The notes beneath the pieces are model-generated. The model searched no databases. It was not told where the DNA came from and saw only the letters and a list, made by a program, of their open reading frames with translations. 64,000 nt of DNA from a virus. Below, in pieces: positions 27,437 through 35,629 of the stretch (positions are counted from its first letter, which is position 1; every line of letters starts with the position of its first letter). A program made the position numbers and the translations under genes. The stretch lies in IMG/VR virus record IMGVR_UViG_3300047157_000111, positions 4,207 to 68,206 of that record. One strand, given 5' to 3'.

Positions 27437-27621
27437 GGATTATCTGATTTTTGTACATAGGTTAAACCTTTGTAGTTGAACCAATCGGTGATTCCGTCTT
27501 GATCTTTGTCTTCATTGTAAATAAAAGCAAACTTTTTAGGTAGACTGCTAACTGAGTAGCCTTTGTAAGTTTTGTTGTTAATTTTAATTGTTGACGAATT
27601 GATAAATTTTATTGATTTCAT
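27427..27621 (-). CDS. early hypothetical protein
   Basis: 64-aa ORF downstream of a promoter copy. Confidence 0.55.
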   Translation of the reverse strand: MKSIKFINSSTIKINNKTYKGYSVSSLPKKFAFIYNEDKDQDGITDWFNYKGLTYVQKSDNPWA

Positions 27622-27639
27622 ATTGTATATTTGATTATA

Positions 27640-27786
27640 TTATCCATTACTGTTCGTATTTGGTTTGTAAAATAACATAGAATTTAGCTCACTGTTATTA
27701 TACTTTGCCCAATATTGTCTTTCTACGGCTTCTATTTGAGCTCGTGAGATCTTAAAGAGTGGTTTATGTGAGTGTTTTCTTTTCAT
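27640..27786 (-). CDS. early hypothetical protein (48 aa)
   Basis: MKRKHSHKPLFKISRAQIEAVERQYW...; ATGA overlap with the upstream ORF. Confidence 0.4.
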   Translation of the reverse strand: MKRKHSHKPLFKISRAQIEAVERQYWAKYNNSELNSMLFYKPNTNSNG

Positions 27787-27992
27787 CTGTAGTCAACATT
27801 AGGTTTAATATTCGCTGCAGTTGCTTGTCTGAACTCCCACTCACGTTGTCTGTAAGCGTGATCAGTACACCATTTTCGCCAAGCTTTACTTACAGTATTG
27901 TTAACACCGTATTTAGCTTCGAACTCTTCGACTTGTCTAAGTTTAGCGTCGATCTGTTCTTGAGGGTAATCTTTATATTTAGTAGAAGTCAT
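27783..27992 (-). CDS. early hypothetical protein
   Basis: 69-aa ORF. Confidence 0.55.
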   Translation of the reverse strand: MTSTKYKDYPQEQIDAKLRQVEEFEAKYGVNNTVSKAWRKWCTDHAYRQREWEFRQATAANIKPNVDYR

Positions 27993-28098
27993 AGTATATA
28001 TCTAAAACGGTTGATCTTTGTTCTGAAGTGAGTTTACTGTAGCACTTACCGTATTTTCTGTAGCTTATTTTAAGCAGGTATGTATTCATATGTGACAT
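27979..28098 (-). CDS. early hypothetical protein (39 aa)
   Basis: MSHMNTYLLKISYRKYGKCYSKLTSEQRSTVLDIYYDFY. Confidence 0.4.
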   Translation of the reverse strand: MSHMNTYLLKISYRKYGKCYSKLTSEQRSTVLDIYYDFY

Positions 28099-28103
28099 AG
28101 TTA

Positions 28104-28241
28104 TTATTTTTTATTAGTTAATTTATAGAACTCTATTCTGTCAAGAACATCTTGTCTAGTTATTTTATTTTCCATTTGTAATAGTATATCGTTTGACATA
28201 TCTATTTTTTTACCGTTAGAGCAAGTTAGTATATATTGCAT
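28104..28241 (-). CDS. early hypothetical protein (45 aa)
   Basis: MQYILTCSNGKKIDMSNDI...; directly downstream of a promoter copy. Confidence 0.5.
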   Translation of the reverse strand: MQYILTCSNGKKIDMSNDILLQMENKITRQDVLDRIEFYKLTNKK

Positions 28242-28299
28242 ATTATTATTTATTAGTTATTATTATTATCCATTAGTGATCGTATTTAGTTTGTAAATA

Positions 28300-28449
28300 C
28301 TATCCATATATTCCAAAACTATTTGGCGCTCCATTTTGTATCATATCTACTACTAAAGCGATTGATCCACATATTACTAATGTTAATTGAGCGTAAGCGA
28401 TAATACCAATTACTATATTTAATACTTTGTGATGATGAAATTTTCTCAT
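28300..28449 (-). CDS. early single-TM membrane protein (49 aa)
   Basis: MRKFHHHK then a hydrophobic stretch VLNIVIGIIAYAQLTLVICGSIALVV. Confidence 0.5.
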   Translation of the reverse strand: MRKFHHHKVLNIVIGIIAYAQLTLVICGSIALVVDMIQNGAPNSFGIYG

Positions 28450-28482
28450 AATTTATTTATTTATTTATTTATTTGTTATTAG

Positions 28483-28523
28483 TTGACATGGTGAGAATCG
28501 AACTCACATTAACCATTATGTCA
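28483..28523 (-). ncRNA. tRNA minihelix-like element (acceptor stem + T arm only)
   Basis: TGACATA-ATGGTTAAT-GTGAG-TTCGATT-CTCAC-CATGTCA-A. Confidence 0.5.
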
Positions 28524-28582
28524 TTACTTGTTCACATTTTTATACTTATAGAAACAAGTGGAACTCAAAGTTGATTGATAGT

Positions 28583-28813
28583 TTACTGTACTTCGACTAT
28601 CTCTCTCGCGATCACTGGAACACTAGTTGAAGAAGTGTAAGATTTGTACTTAAGAAAACAGTTCATGTTACTTAGTTTATCTTTCATTACTTCATACACT
28701 TTATCGTGATTGTAAGTGACTGACTTTCCATTTTTGAAGTTGACAGTGATTGTTTGATTTTTTCCGATTAGTGATTGTCTGATGACAAATCTTTTTGAAA
28801 TTAAGTTACTCAT
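28583..28813 (-). CDS. early hypothetical protein
   Basis: 76-aa ORF downstream of a promoter copy. Confidence 0.6.
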   Translation of the reverse strand: MSNLISKRFVIRQSLIGKNQTITVNFKNGKSVTYNHDKVYEVMKDKLSNMNCFLKYKSYTSSTSVPVIAREIVEVQ

Positions 28814-28902
28814 AGTTGTAAGAATTATTTAGTTATTATTATTATTTGTTTGTTACATAGATATTATCCATATCCATTCGTATTATGTATGTATTATTAT
28901 TA

Positions 28903-29025
28903 TTATAGATTTATTATTATTTCTTCATATAAATAATCTTGAATCATTTCATTATATTTTTCTCGACAGTCGGTCAATGGATTGAATGGAAATTCTGATT
29001 TGATTTGATTGATTAATTCTTTCAT
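28903..29025 (-). CDS. first early gene, hypothetical (40 aa)
   Basis: MKELINQIKSEFPFNPLTDCREKY...; lies between two promoter copies. Confidence 0.45.
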   Translation of the reverse strand: MKELINQIKSEFPFNPLTDCREKYNEMIQDYLYEEIIINL

Positions 29026-29113
29026 ATTTATTATTTGATGGTTACGATTATATTATCCATATTCATTCGTATTATGTATGTAAAAGGTATATGAATTGTT
29101 TAGTTGTAGAATA

Positions 29114-29209
29114 TGTCATGATGTCATACCACACTATGTCACAATGTCACATTCATAATAGTTTAAGTACTATGACAAGATGTCATGATCTACTAGTGTC
29201 AATGTGTCA
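29114..29209. repeat. TGTCA/TGACA iteron-like cluster
   Basis: Eight pentamers in four pairs, 8 bp apart within each pair (29114/29122, 29137/29145, 29173/29181, 29197/29205). Confidence 0.6.
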
Positions 29210-29260
29210 TGAAAACGAGTAAAAGGTGAAATATCTGTAGTAAAATGCGAGCATAACTTC

Positions 29261-29385
29261 GTGGTGAGGTGAGTGGAGGGGGTATATAGGTGGGGGCATG
29301 GAATTACAGGGCGGGGCTGGTCAAAAACATTTGACTTTGGTTTTAGTGTTGAAGGGTGGGGGGGAGGGGGGAACGCTATACCCCT
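29261..29385 (+). other. G-rich strand-asymmetric non-coding tract (origin, terminus or packaging-site candidate)
   Basis: Many G runs, including GGGTGGGGGGGAGGGGGG, in an AT-rich genome at the strand-divergence point. Confidence 0.5.
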
Positions 29386-29410
29386 ATATATCTGATACTT
29401 TTCAAAAAAC

Positions 29411-29457
29411 CATGACAATAGCCTATAAGAGTATATAAGTAGGAGGCTAATGTCACA
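29411..29457 (+). promoter_or_regulatory. 47-bp (CA)TGACA...TGTCACA inverted-repeat operator
   Basis: Same length and arms as 22188-22234; precedes the rightward operon. Confidence 0.6.
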
Positions 29458-29493
29458 CTTTAAAATAATTTAAAACTATGTGATTATAGTGAT

Positions 29494-29730
29494 ATGGCAA
29501 GAAAACGAAGAGGAAACTCACAAGGATTATCACCCACTGCTTTAAAAGCAAAGAGAGAAAGAGATAAGGAAATGGCTATGACGCCAAGACGTACAGCTAT
29601 GAGATCCCAAAACCAATCGATAGGCCAAACCTCAACTAGAGATATACATCATGTAGATGGAGTCGCTGGTAAAACAATATACCAGTCAATATCTCAGAAC
29701 AGAGACTCAAGTAACGAAAGAAACGCTTAG
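29494..29730 (+). CDS. small HNH-like protein
   Basis: Basic N-terminus, RDIHHVDG...SISQNR. Confidence 0.5.
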   Translation: MARKRRGNSQGLSPTALKAKRERDKEMAMTPRRTAMRSQNQSIGQTSTRDIHHVDGVAGKTIYQSISQNRDSSNERNA

Positions 29731-29775
29731 AGACAGCGTACCCGGCAATTTTGCCACAACCTAAATACCTTAATA

Positions 29776-30066
29776 ATGACGTATTTTTATTACAAGACTA
29801 ATACGTGGAATAGTCAACCACAAGTATCCGAAGACCAGATAAAACTTTGGAAACACCTCGCAGCTAAAAAGAACTGGAGGATTGTACAACTACCAAATGG
29901 TTTCTACCAAACAGAATATCAAAGCATCGACAGTGATGAGTGGATAGATGTTACACGTAGAGAAACTCTAGAAGGTGCCGAACAAGCTATTGATGGAAGC
30001 ATCGATCACTACGGTAAGAAGATAGAGTTTTTAAAAGGACCGAAAGTAGTTAAAACATTTAAATAA
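29776..30066 (+). CDS. hypothetical protein
   Basis: 96-aa ORF upstream of groEL. Confidence 0.65.
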   Translation: MTYFYYKTNTWNSQPQVSEDQIKLWKHLAAKKNWRIVQLPNGFYQTEYQSIDSDEWIDVTRRETLEGAEQAIDGSIDHYGKKIEFLKGPKVVKTFK

Positions 30067-30087
30067 TACTTAATACAATTTAATCTA

Positions 30088-31653
30088 ATGGAATTTAATA
30101 ACCCTAGCGAGCTTGTCAAGGATTTATCCTTCGGTGAGGAAGCTAAAAGTAAAGTAATTAATGGTGTAGATAAACTAGCTAAAGCAGTAAAGTCTACATT
30201 AGGAGCTTCAGGTAAGTGTGTCATTTATGAAGATGCTCGTGGAAGACCGGTGATAACAAAAGACGGTGTAACCGTTGCGGAAAGCGTAGTCTTAATGGAT
30301 CCGGTCGAAAACATAGGAGCAACACTTATCAAAGAAGCTGCTAAAAACACAGTGAAAGAAGCAGGTGACGGTACTACAACAGCTACCGTCCTTGCTGAAT
30401 CACTACTAAAAGAAGCATCGTCAGCAGAAGGCTCAGTAAGAGACATAAAGCTAGGCATTGCATCTTGTGCTAAAAAAGTAAACAAGTACTTAGACGATAT
30501 AACTATAGAGGTCAAAGGCGAAATGCTAAGAGACGTTGCAGCTATATCATGTAACAACGATAACGAACTAGGTGCCATCATATCTGATGCTTATGAAAAA
30601 GTAGGTAAATCAGGTGTGGTTTTGATGGAAGAGTCAGAAACAGAACAAACGTACGTTGAGATCGTAGATGGAGTACAGTTGGAATCTGGCTTAAAATCGC
30701 CACACCTTATTACAGATAGAGATAAACAACGTACAGTTCTTGAAAAACCGCTAGTATTAATAGTTGCATCGACAATACCTAACATACGTAAGATACAACC
30801 AATACTAGAACATGTTATAAAGACTAAGAGATCGTTACTTATAGTAGCTGAAGTTGAGACTCAAGTGTCATCTACGCTACTAATGAACAAAGTTAAGGGT
30901 AATATAAAGGTAAATTATATAGATCCACCAGGATTTGGTCCTACAAAGCAAAGTACGCTTGAAGATTTAGCATTTTTAACAGGTGCTACTATAATGGATG
31001 AGAATCTAGGTGATGATTTAGACCTTATAAAGCCTGATTGCTTAGGTGAAGTACAAAAAGCGGTCACAGATGATAAAACTACAGTGCTAACCACTATGGA
31101 TTTAGGCTTAGATTTAGAAGAAAGGATCAAAGATGTGCAAAAAAGCATAAAAAAAGAAAAAAACCAGTACATAAAACGAAGACTAGAGCAAAGATTAGCC
31201 ATGTTAAGTGGTTCAGTTGGCTTAGTGAGAGTTGGTGCTGACTCAAAGGTTGAGTTGAAAGAGAAAAAAGACAGAATAGAAGATGCTATTTACGCCGTTA
31301 AGGCCGCCTTGAAAGAAGGAATAGTCCCGGGTGGTGGTGTAGCGTTGTTTGATGCGGCAAAATTTGTTGAACCTAGCGGTTTAGGAGAAGAAATACTTCT
31401 AAAATCCATAGTTTCACCGTTTAACACGATATTAGACAATGCAGGCATCATAAATTCTGTTAAAAAAGACGAAGTATACGGTTATGGTATAGATGTAACC
31501 ACTGGTGAGTATATCAATATGATAGAAAAAGGTATAATTGATCCAGTTTTAGTTACTAAGTCAGCTCTTAAAAATGCAATATCAGTAGTTTCTACTATAA
31601 TATCTGCAGATTGTGTAATCTCTAATGTAAGAATAGAAAATGCAAGCAGTTAA
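30088..31653 (+). CDS. groEL: phage chaperonin GroEL
   Basis: [28 protein letters not shown]; no GGM tail. Confidence 0.95.
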   Translation: MEFNNPSELVKDLSFGEEAKSKVINGVDKLAKAVKSTLGASGKCVIYEDARGRPVITKDGVTVAESVVLMDPVENIGATLIKEAAKNTVKEAGDGTTTATVLAESLLKEASSAEGSVRDIKLGIASCAKKVNKYLDDITIEVKGEMLRDVAAISCNNDNELGAIISDAYEKVGKSGVVLMEESETEQTYVEIVDGVQLESGLKSPHLITDRDKQRTVLEKPLVLIVASTIPNIRKIQPILEHVIKTKRSLLIVAEVETQVSSTLLMNKVKGNIKVNYIDPPGFGPTKQSTLEDLAFLTGATIMDENLGDDLDLIKPDCLGEVQKAVTDDKTTVLTTMDLGLDLEERIKDVQKSIKKEKNQYIKRRLEQRLAMLSGSVGLVRVGADSKVELKEKKDRIEDAIYAVKAALKEGIVPGGGVALFDAAKFVEPSGLGEEILLKSIVSPFNTILDNAGIINSVKKDEVYGYGIDVTTGEYINMIEKGIIDPVLVTKSALKNAISVVSTIISADCVISNVRIENASS

Positions 31654-31897
31654 TTATTATATAGTAGTAGAAAACATAAAAGTCGAGCAAAAAAAAGTAG
31701 CTGGACTTATATTGACAGATAAAACAGATACAGACAATAGATATTTAAAGGCTAGGATAATTTCTACTGGTAACTTGGTTAAAGGTGTGCAGGAAGGAGA
31801 TATAGTCTACTATGATAGACACGCTGGACACAGTATACAAGTAAAAGAAGGTTTATATAAAGTCATACAAGTAGGTGACGTTGTTTTAGTTGAATGA
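31640..31897 (+). CDS. groES: co-chaperonin GroES
   Basis: AGLIL mobile loop, ISTG, VQEGDIV; follows groEL. Confidence 0.85.
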   Translation: MQAVNYYIVVENIKVEQKKVAGLILTDKTDTDNRYLKARIISTGNLVKGVQEGDIVYYDRHAGHSIQVKEGLYKVIQVGDVVLVE

Positions 31898-32334
31898 GAC
31901 TAGCGGCATCAGACTTAAGAGAATTAAATTTATTAAAGTATTACAGGCTCGTTAGAAAATGGGCCTGTAAAACTTATAACCTAAAAGATGCAGATTTAGA
32001 ACTTTTAATCTATTTAGATTGCAAATCGCGATTTACACGTAATGATTTTATAGAGGGTGTATATACTTATTCTTGGGATAAAAACAGATGGGAGAGGCTT
32101 AGAAGAGAGGGTTGGATTGATGTTTGGAGAGAAAGAAATAGAACGTCTCAAAAATATGCAGTATATAAAACATCGTTTAAATGCAGTCAATTAATAACTA
32201 GAATATACAGAATACTTCTTGCTGAAGAGGACTTACCTACGTCAGAGAGAAGTAAGTTTTATAAAAACAAGTCATATACAGATAAGGTTTACAATAAATC
32301 TATAGATGATATGATAAAGGATAAAAATAGATAA
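31894..32334 (+). CDS. winged-helix-like DNA-binding protein
   Basis: YNLKDADLELLIYL...RLRREGWI pattern. Confidence 0.45.
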   Translation: MRLAASDLRELNLLKYYRLVRKWACKTYNLKDADLELLIYLDCKSRFTRNDFIEGVYTYSWDKNRWERLRREGWIDVWRERNRTSQKYAVYKTSFKCSQLITRIYRILLAEEDLPTSERSKFYKNKSYTDKVYNKSIDDMIKDKNR

Positions 32335-32335
32335 T

Positions 32336-32542
32336 ATGAAAGGAATTGGACCAAACAACTTAGGTATGTCAAAATCTTCAGCTAGTAGCTGTTGTGGAAT
32401 ACCAGGCTGTGATCATAACGATAGCCCAGCACGGTTTAACGACAAATTAAAAAGCGCTGTATTAACTGGTAAAATAAAAGGAAATTTTGCAAAAGCTATA
32501 TCTGCAGCACCATTAAAGAAAAAAGGCTGTAAAGGATACTAA
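32336..32542 (+). CDS. small basic protein
   Basis: 68 aa; KGIGPNNLG, SPAR and APLK motifs. Confidence 0.55.
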   Translation: MKGIGPNNLGMSKSSASSCCGIPGCDHNDSPARFNDKLKSAVLTGKIKGNFAKAISAAPLKKKGCKGY

Positions 32543-32543
32543 G

Positions 32544-32912
32544 ATGGCATTTAAACAACCTAACACTATAAATAGCTTACTAGGATTAGATCCTGTGACT
32601 ACAACATACTCTAACCCTGTATTTCTAAAAGATCTAGAGGGAGAGGTAAAAGCTGAAGCTAATACTGATGGAACTACATTTGTAGATAAATCATTATCAG
32701 CTAAAGATAGGATAGAGTGTAAAAAGCATGAAGACGTGCATCACGACCAAATGAAGTCTAATAGGTTGTCTTATGATAATAAAAATGTTTATTGGAAAAA
32801 AGACACTAAGTCACCAATGAAAATATATCCTAGAGAAAAAATGGCTGAAGGAGCTCACAACTTAGAGTGGGAGGAAGAAGCACATGAAGTACATAAACCT
32901 GTAAAAAAATAA
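32544..32912 (+). CDS. zincin-like metallopeptidase
   Basis: HEDVH (HExxH) plus downstream WEEEA. Confidence 0.6.
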   Translation: MAFKQPNTINSLLGLDPVTTTYSNPVFLKDLEGEVKAEANTDGTTFVDKSLSAKDRIECKKHEDVHHDQMKSNRLSYDNKNVYWKKDTKSPMKIYPREKMAEGAHNLEWEEEAHEVHKPVKK

Positions 32913-32914
32913 TT

Positions 32915-33205
32915 ATGAGTAAACAAGATTACACACCTTACAATATATATCAAAAAAGAAAGATGGCTGAAAAAAAAGAAGATGCTACTCCGTTAAAGAG
33001 TATATACGCTAAGAATCATAACATGTTTATGAATGCTGTACCGTTTGCTAGAGATGGTATGGATAGAGGTATTGTTACTGGTAGAGGTGAAGGAAAAAGA
33101 GTCAGACCTATTATAAATAAAAATAAAGATGATAAACAGAACGAGTCAAAGCAGACAAACCTAACTGTTGATCTTGATGGGGATAATAATCAAGATAAGG
33201 ATTAA
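32915..33205 (+). CDS. small charged hypothetical protein
   Basis: 96-aa ORF with a TPLK motif. Confidence 0.55.
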   Translation: MSKQDYTPYNIYQKRKMAEKKEDATPLKSIYAKNHNMFMNAVPFARDGMDRGIVTGRGEGKRVRPIINKNKDDKQNESKQTNLTVDLDGDNNQDKD

Positions 33206-33234
33206 ACTAACTAAGAACAACAAACATATAAATT

Positions 33235-34217
33235 ATGATTAGAAAATCAACAGGTACGCCTTTTAAATTAAAAGGTGCTCCATTCAAGGAAGACGGAAAA
33301 CCAGATGGTTCTACCACAAAAAGTGAAAATCTAGGTGAGTACGCGACTGACGAGAACCATTTAGTTAATGTAACTAGAAATACAACAACTACACCTAACT
33401 ATGATGGTGGACCTGCTCCTGAGGCTAAACGAGGTGGTAGAAGGTATAAAGGAAAAGACTTTATTGGCGACGTGCTAATGAAGAGTGATAGATTTAAAGG
33501 ACTAAGTGGACAAGCTATGGCTGATGCTGGTCATATAAGTAAAAGTAAAATAGGAGATTGGGACGAAAGAACTGGGTATAAGCCTTCTGAAGGCAAAAAA
33601 GAAGTTAAGTACGAAACAAAAGAGATCCCAAATCCTGGAAAGCCAGGTGGTACAATGGATTCTTTTACATCTGCTGAAGGTAGAGATTTATCTAGACTAG
33701 CCCGTAACACAGCTAATGCGGCTGTGAGAGATTCTAGAAAATTAAAGAAAGCTGAAGATGGTACTTTTTTAGGTAGACTTTTTAATAAGAAAAGCTAGAG
33801 AAAAAGCTAAAGAAGCAAAAGAAAGACATCAACAAAGAACAATAGCAATTCGTAAAGCAGAAGCTGAGGCTGGGAGGTTGCAAGCTGCTAACGCTGGAAT
33901 ACAGCAATCAACTGGTACAAACACTTGGACAACTACTGATAAAATGCAAAACGGTGAAGGAACTCCTGGCACTAGTTTTACTATAGCTCCGGATAACACT
34001 AGAAGATTTAGTGATCTTGTAAACGGAAATAACTCAAATAACTCAAATAACTGGTAATTCTTTTGCTGAATTAGGTAGTAGACTTGAAGATATGAAAAAA
34101 TTTAAGCTTGAAACACCAACTGTTAGTTTGTCTAAAAAAGCATCTTAGCAAGATCCGTTGCAAGATACGGTAGAAATAAAACAGCAACACCTTTTAAACT
34201 AAAAAATATAAGAAATA
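33235..34217 (+). pseudogene. basic low-complexity protein interrupted by frameshifts (or local sequence errors)
   Basis: The ORF stops at 33798 but coding-like sequence continues in shifted frames (33791-34057, 34050-34148, 34145 onward), ending in a TPFKLK motif that also occurs at its N-terminus. Confidence 0.55.
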
Positions 34218-35162
34218 ATGGCATTTAAACTAAAGAAAACATCAGACAACTTGTTCCACAAAGTATCTGAATCAAAACTAGACGGTGGAAAAGTAACACA
34301 ACAACCACAAGTTAACATGGAAGCACCGTCTTCAGTTGCTAAACTAACAGGTCCTGTAGGAACTGGTATTTTAGGAGCTGCAGCTGGTTATCTTGCTAAA
34401 AAAGTATTTGGTGGTAGTAAAAAGCCAATGGGTGAAAATGGTCCAGCTAAACCACCTCAGAAAAAAGATCTATCCATGACACCTTATTCTTCAAAAGACG
34501 GTAAAGGTACTATTCATGGTCCTAAAGTTAGTTATGATATGGCTTACAATAAAGCTAAAAAAACTAAGCAATATGCTAATATGTCTAAAGACGAGTATAT
34601 TACTGAAGCTAAAAGACAAACAGCTAATTTTAAGAAAACAGGTAAATGGGACGCAGGTGGAGCATCTAAGCCTAGAAAAAAAGTAGAAGCTGTTTCTGCT
34701 ATTAAACCAGCAAGTATACAAGCTAATACTGCTAAACCTACAGCTACTATAGAAATTAAAAAGCCAACTGTTGAAAAGAAAGAGACATCAAAAAAAGCTA
34801 GTAAATTAAGAGAAAAAGGAAACAAAGTATTATCAGACAATAGTCTTTCAACTGAAGAAAAGCAAAGAAAAGCTTTAAGTATAAGAAAAAAGTATGATAA
34901 ACAAAACTCTAAGGTTGAAAAGAAAGCTAAAGTTAAAACTGCTAAGGTTGGAAAAATAGAGGCTAGAGCTAATGTTGCAGAAGCTAAAGGTAATAATAAA
35001 AGAGCAGAAAGACTTAGAGCAAAAGCTGAAAGAAAAGAAACTGGAGTGTCTAGAAAAGATCAAGGACGAAACATTTTTGGTGGAAAAACTAGAAAGCAAA
35101 AGAAGAAAGAGGCTCAAGCCAAAAAAGCTGGTTCCGCTCCAGATTTTAGCGGAATGTCATAA
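34218..35162 (+). CDS. Lys-rich basic protein (internal DNA-binding candidate)
   Basis: MAFKLKK start; very basic, histone-H1-like composition. Confidence 0.6.
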   Translation: MAFKLKKTSDNLFHKVSESKLDGGKVTQQPQVNMEAPSSVAKLTGPVGTGILGAAAGYLAKKVFGGSKKPMGENGPAKPPQKKDLSMTPYSSKDGKGTIHGPKVSYDMAYNKAKKTKQYANMSKDEYITEAKRQTANFKKTGKWDAGGASKPRKKVEAVSAIKPASIQANTAKPTATIEIKKPTVEKKETSKKASKLREKGNKVLSDNSLSTEEKQRKALSIRKKYDKQNSKVEKKAKVKTAKVGKIEARANVAEAKGNNKRAERLRAKAERKETGVSRKDQGRNIFGGKTRKQKKKEAQAKKAGSAPDFSGMS

Positions 35163-35623
35163 TGAGTAAGCCTAAAAAAAAGTTTTCGGAAAGTACTGTA
35201 GGTAAGCTTTTATTTGGTGCTGCGTCTATGATAAACCCCACCCTTGGTAATTTACTAAAGGGTGTAACATCACCTGCTGAAGCTATTGCTGAAATAGGTA
35301 AGTCAGATGTTAGTAACGAAGATAAAATAAAACTACAACAATTAATTTACGATCAACAGAATAAAGAGATAGAGTCTATAACGTCAAGATGGCAAGCGGA
35401 CTCTATTTCAGATTCTTGGTTGTCTAAAAACGTACGCCCGCTAGTGTTAGTGTGGTGTATTGTTATATTCTCTCTAGCAGGTATATTAGACAGCGTTGAT
35501 TCAATACCTTTTAACATTGGTAGCACTTGGAACGATACTTTTGAAAAAGTAATGATGGCAGTTGTCCTAGCTTACTTTGGTGGTCGTACGACTGAGAAAG
35601 CTGCGAATATATTTAAAAAATAA
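35162..35623 (+). CDS. holin (GTA 3TM-holin-like)
   Basis: RWQAD...SWLSKNVRP + two TMs + AYFGGRT.EK. Confidence 0.75.
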   Translation: MSKPKKKFSESTVGKLLFGAASMINPTLGNLLKGVTSPAEAIAEIGKSDVSNEDKIKLQQLIYDQQNKEIESITSRWQADSISDSWLSKNVRPLVLVWCIVIFSLAGILDSVDSIPFNIGSTWNDTFEKVMMAVVLAYFGGRTTEKAANIFKK

Positions 35624-35629
35624 AAGCAG

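Larger units (their letters stand above)
24352..29084 (-). promoter_or_regulatory. seven copies of a 33-bp early promoter-like motif WWTACAWAC-N2-AATACG-N8-TGGATAAT
   Basis: Copies at 24352-24384, 25763-25795, 26288-26320, 27639-27671, 28265-28297, 28863-28895 and 29052-29084, each at or just upstream of a minus-strand gene start. Confidence 0.85.

Noticed and set aside
28451-28474. (ATTT)n microsatellite
   Set aside because: It is an A-rich translation leader on the minus strand, like other early-gene leaders
24352-29084. 33-bp repeats as a CRISPR array
   Set aside because: Spacing is irregular (about 190-1400 bp), whole genes lie between copies, the middle of the repeat is degenerate and no cas genes are seen
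29170-29418. 82-aa Pro/His-rich minus-strand ORF
   Set aside because: It is a by-product of the G-tract and iteron region and lies upstream of the first early promoter
33796-34148. TAG stop-codon reassignment as in some crAss-like phages
   Set aside because: Many genes end in TAG followed directly by the next gene, long ORFs are intact under code 11, and the breaks here need frame changes
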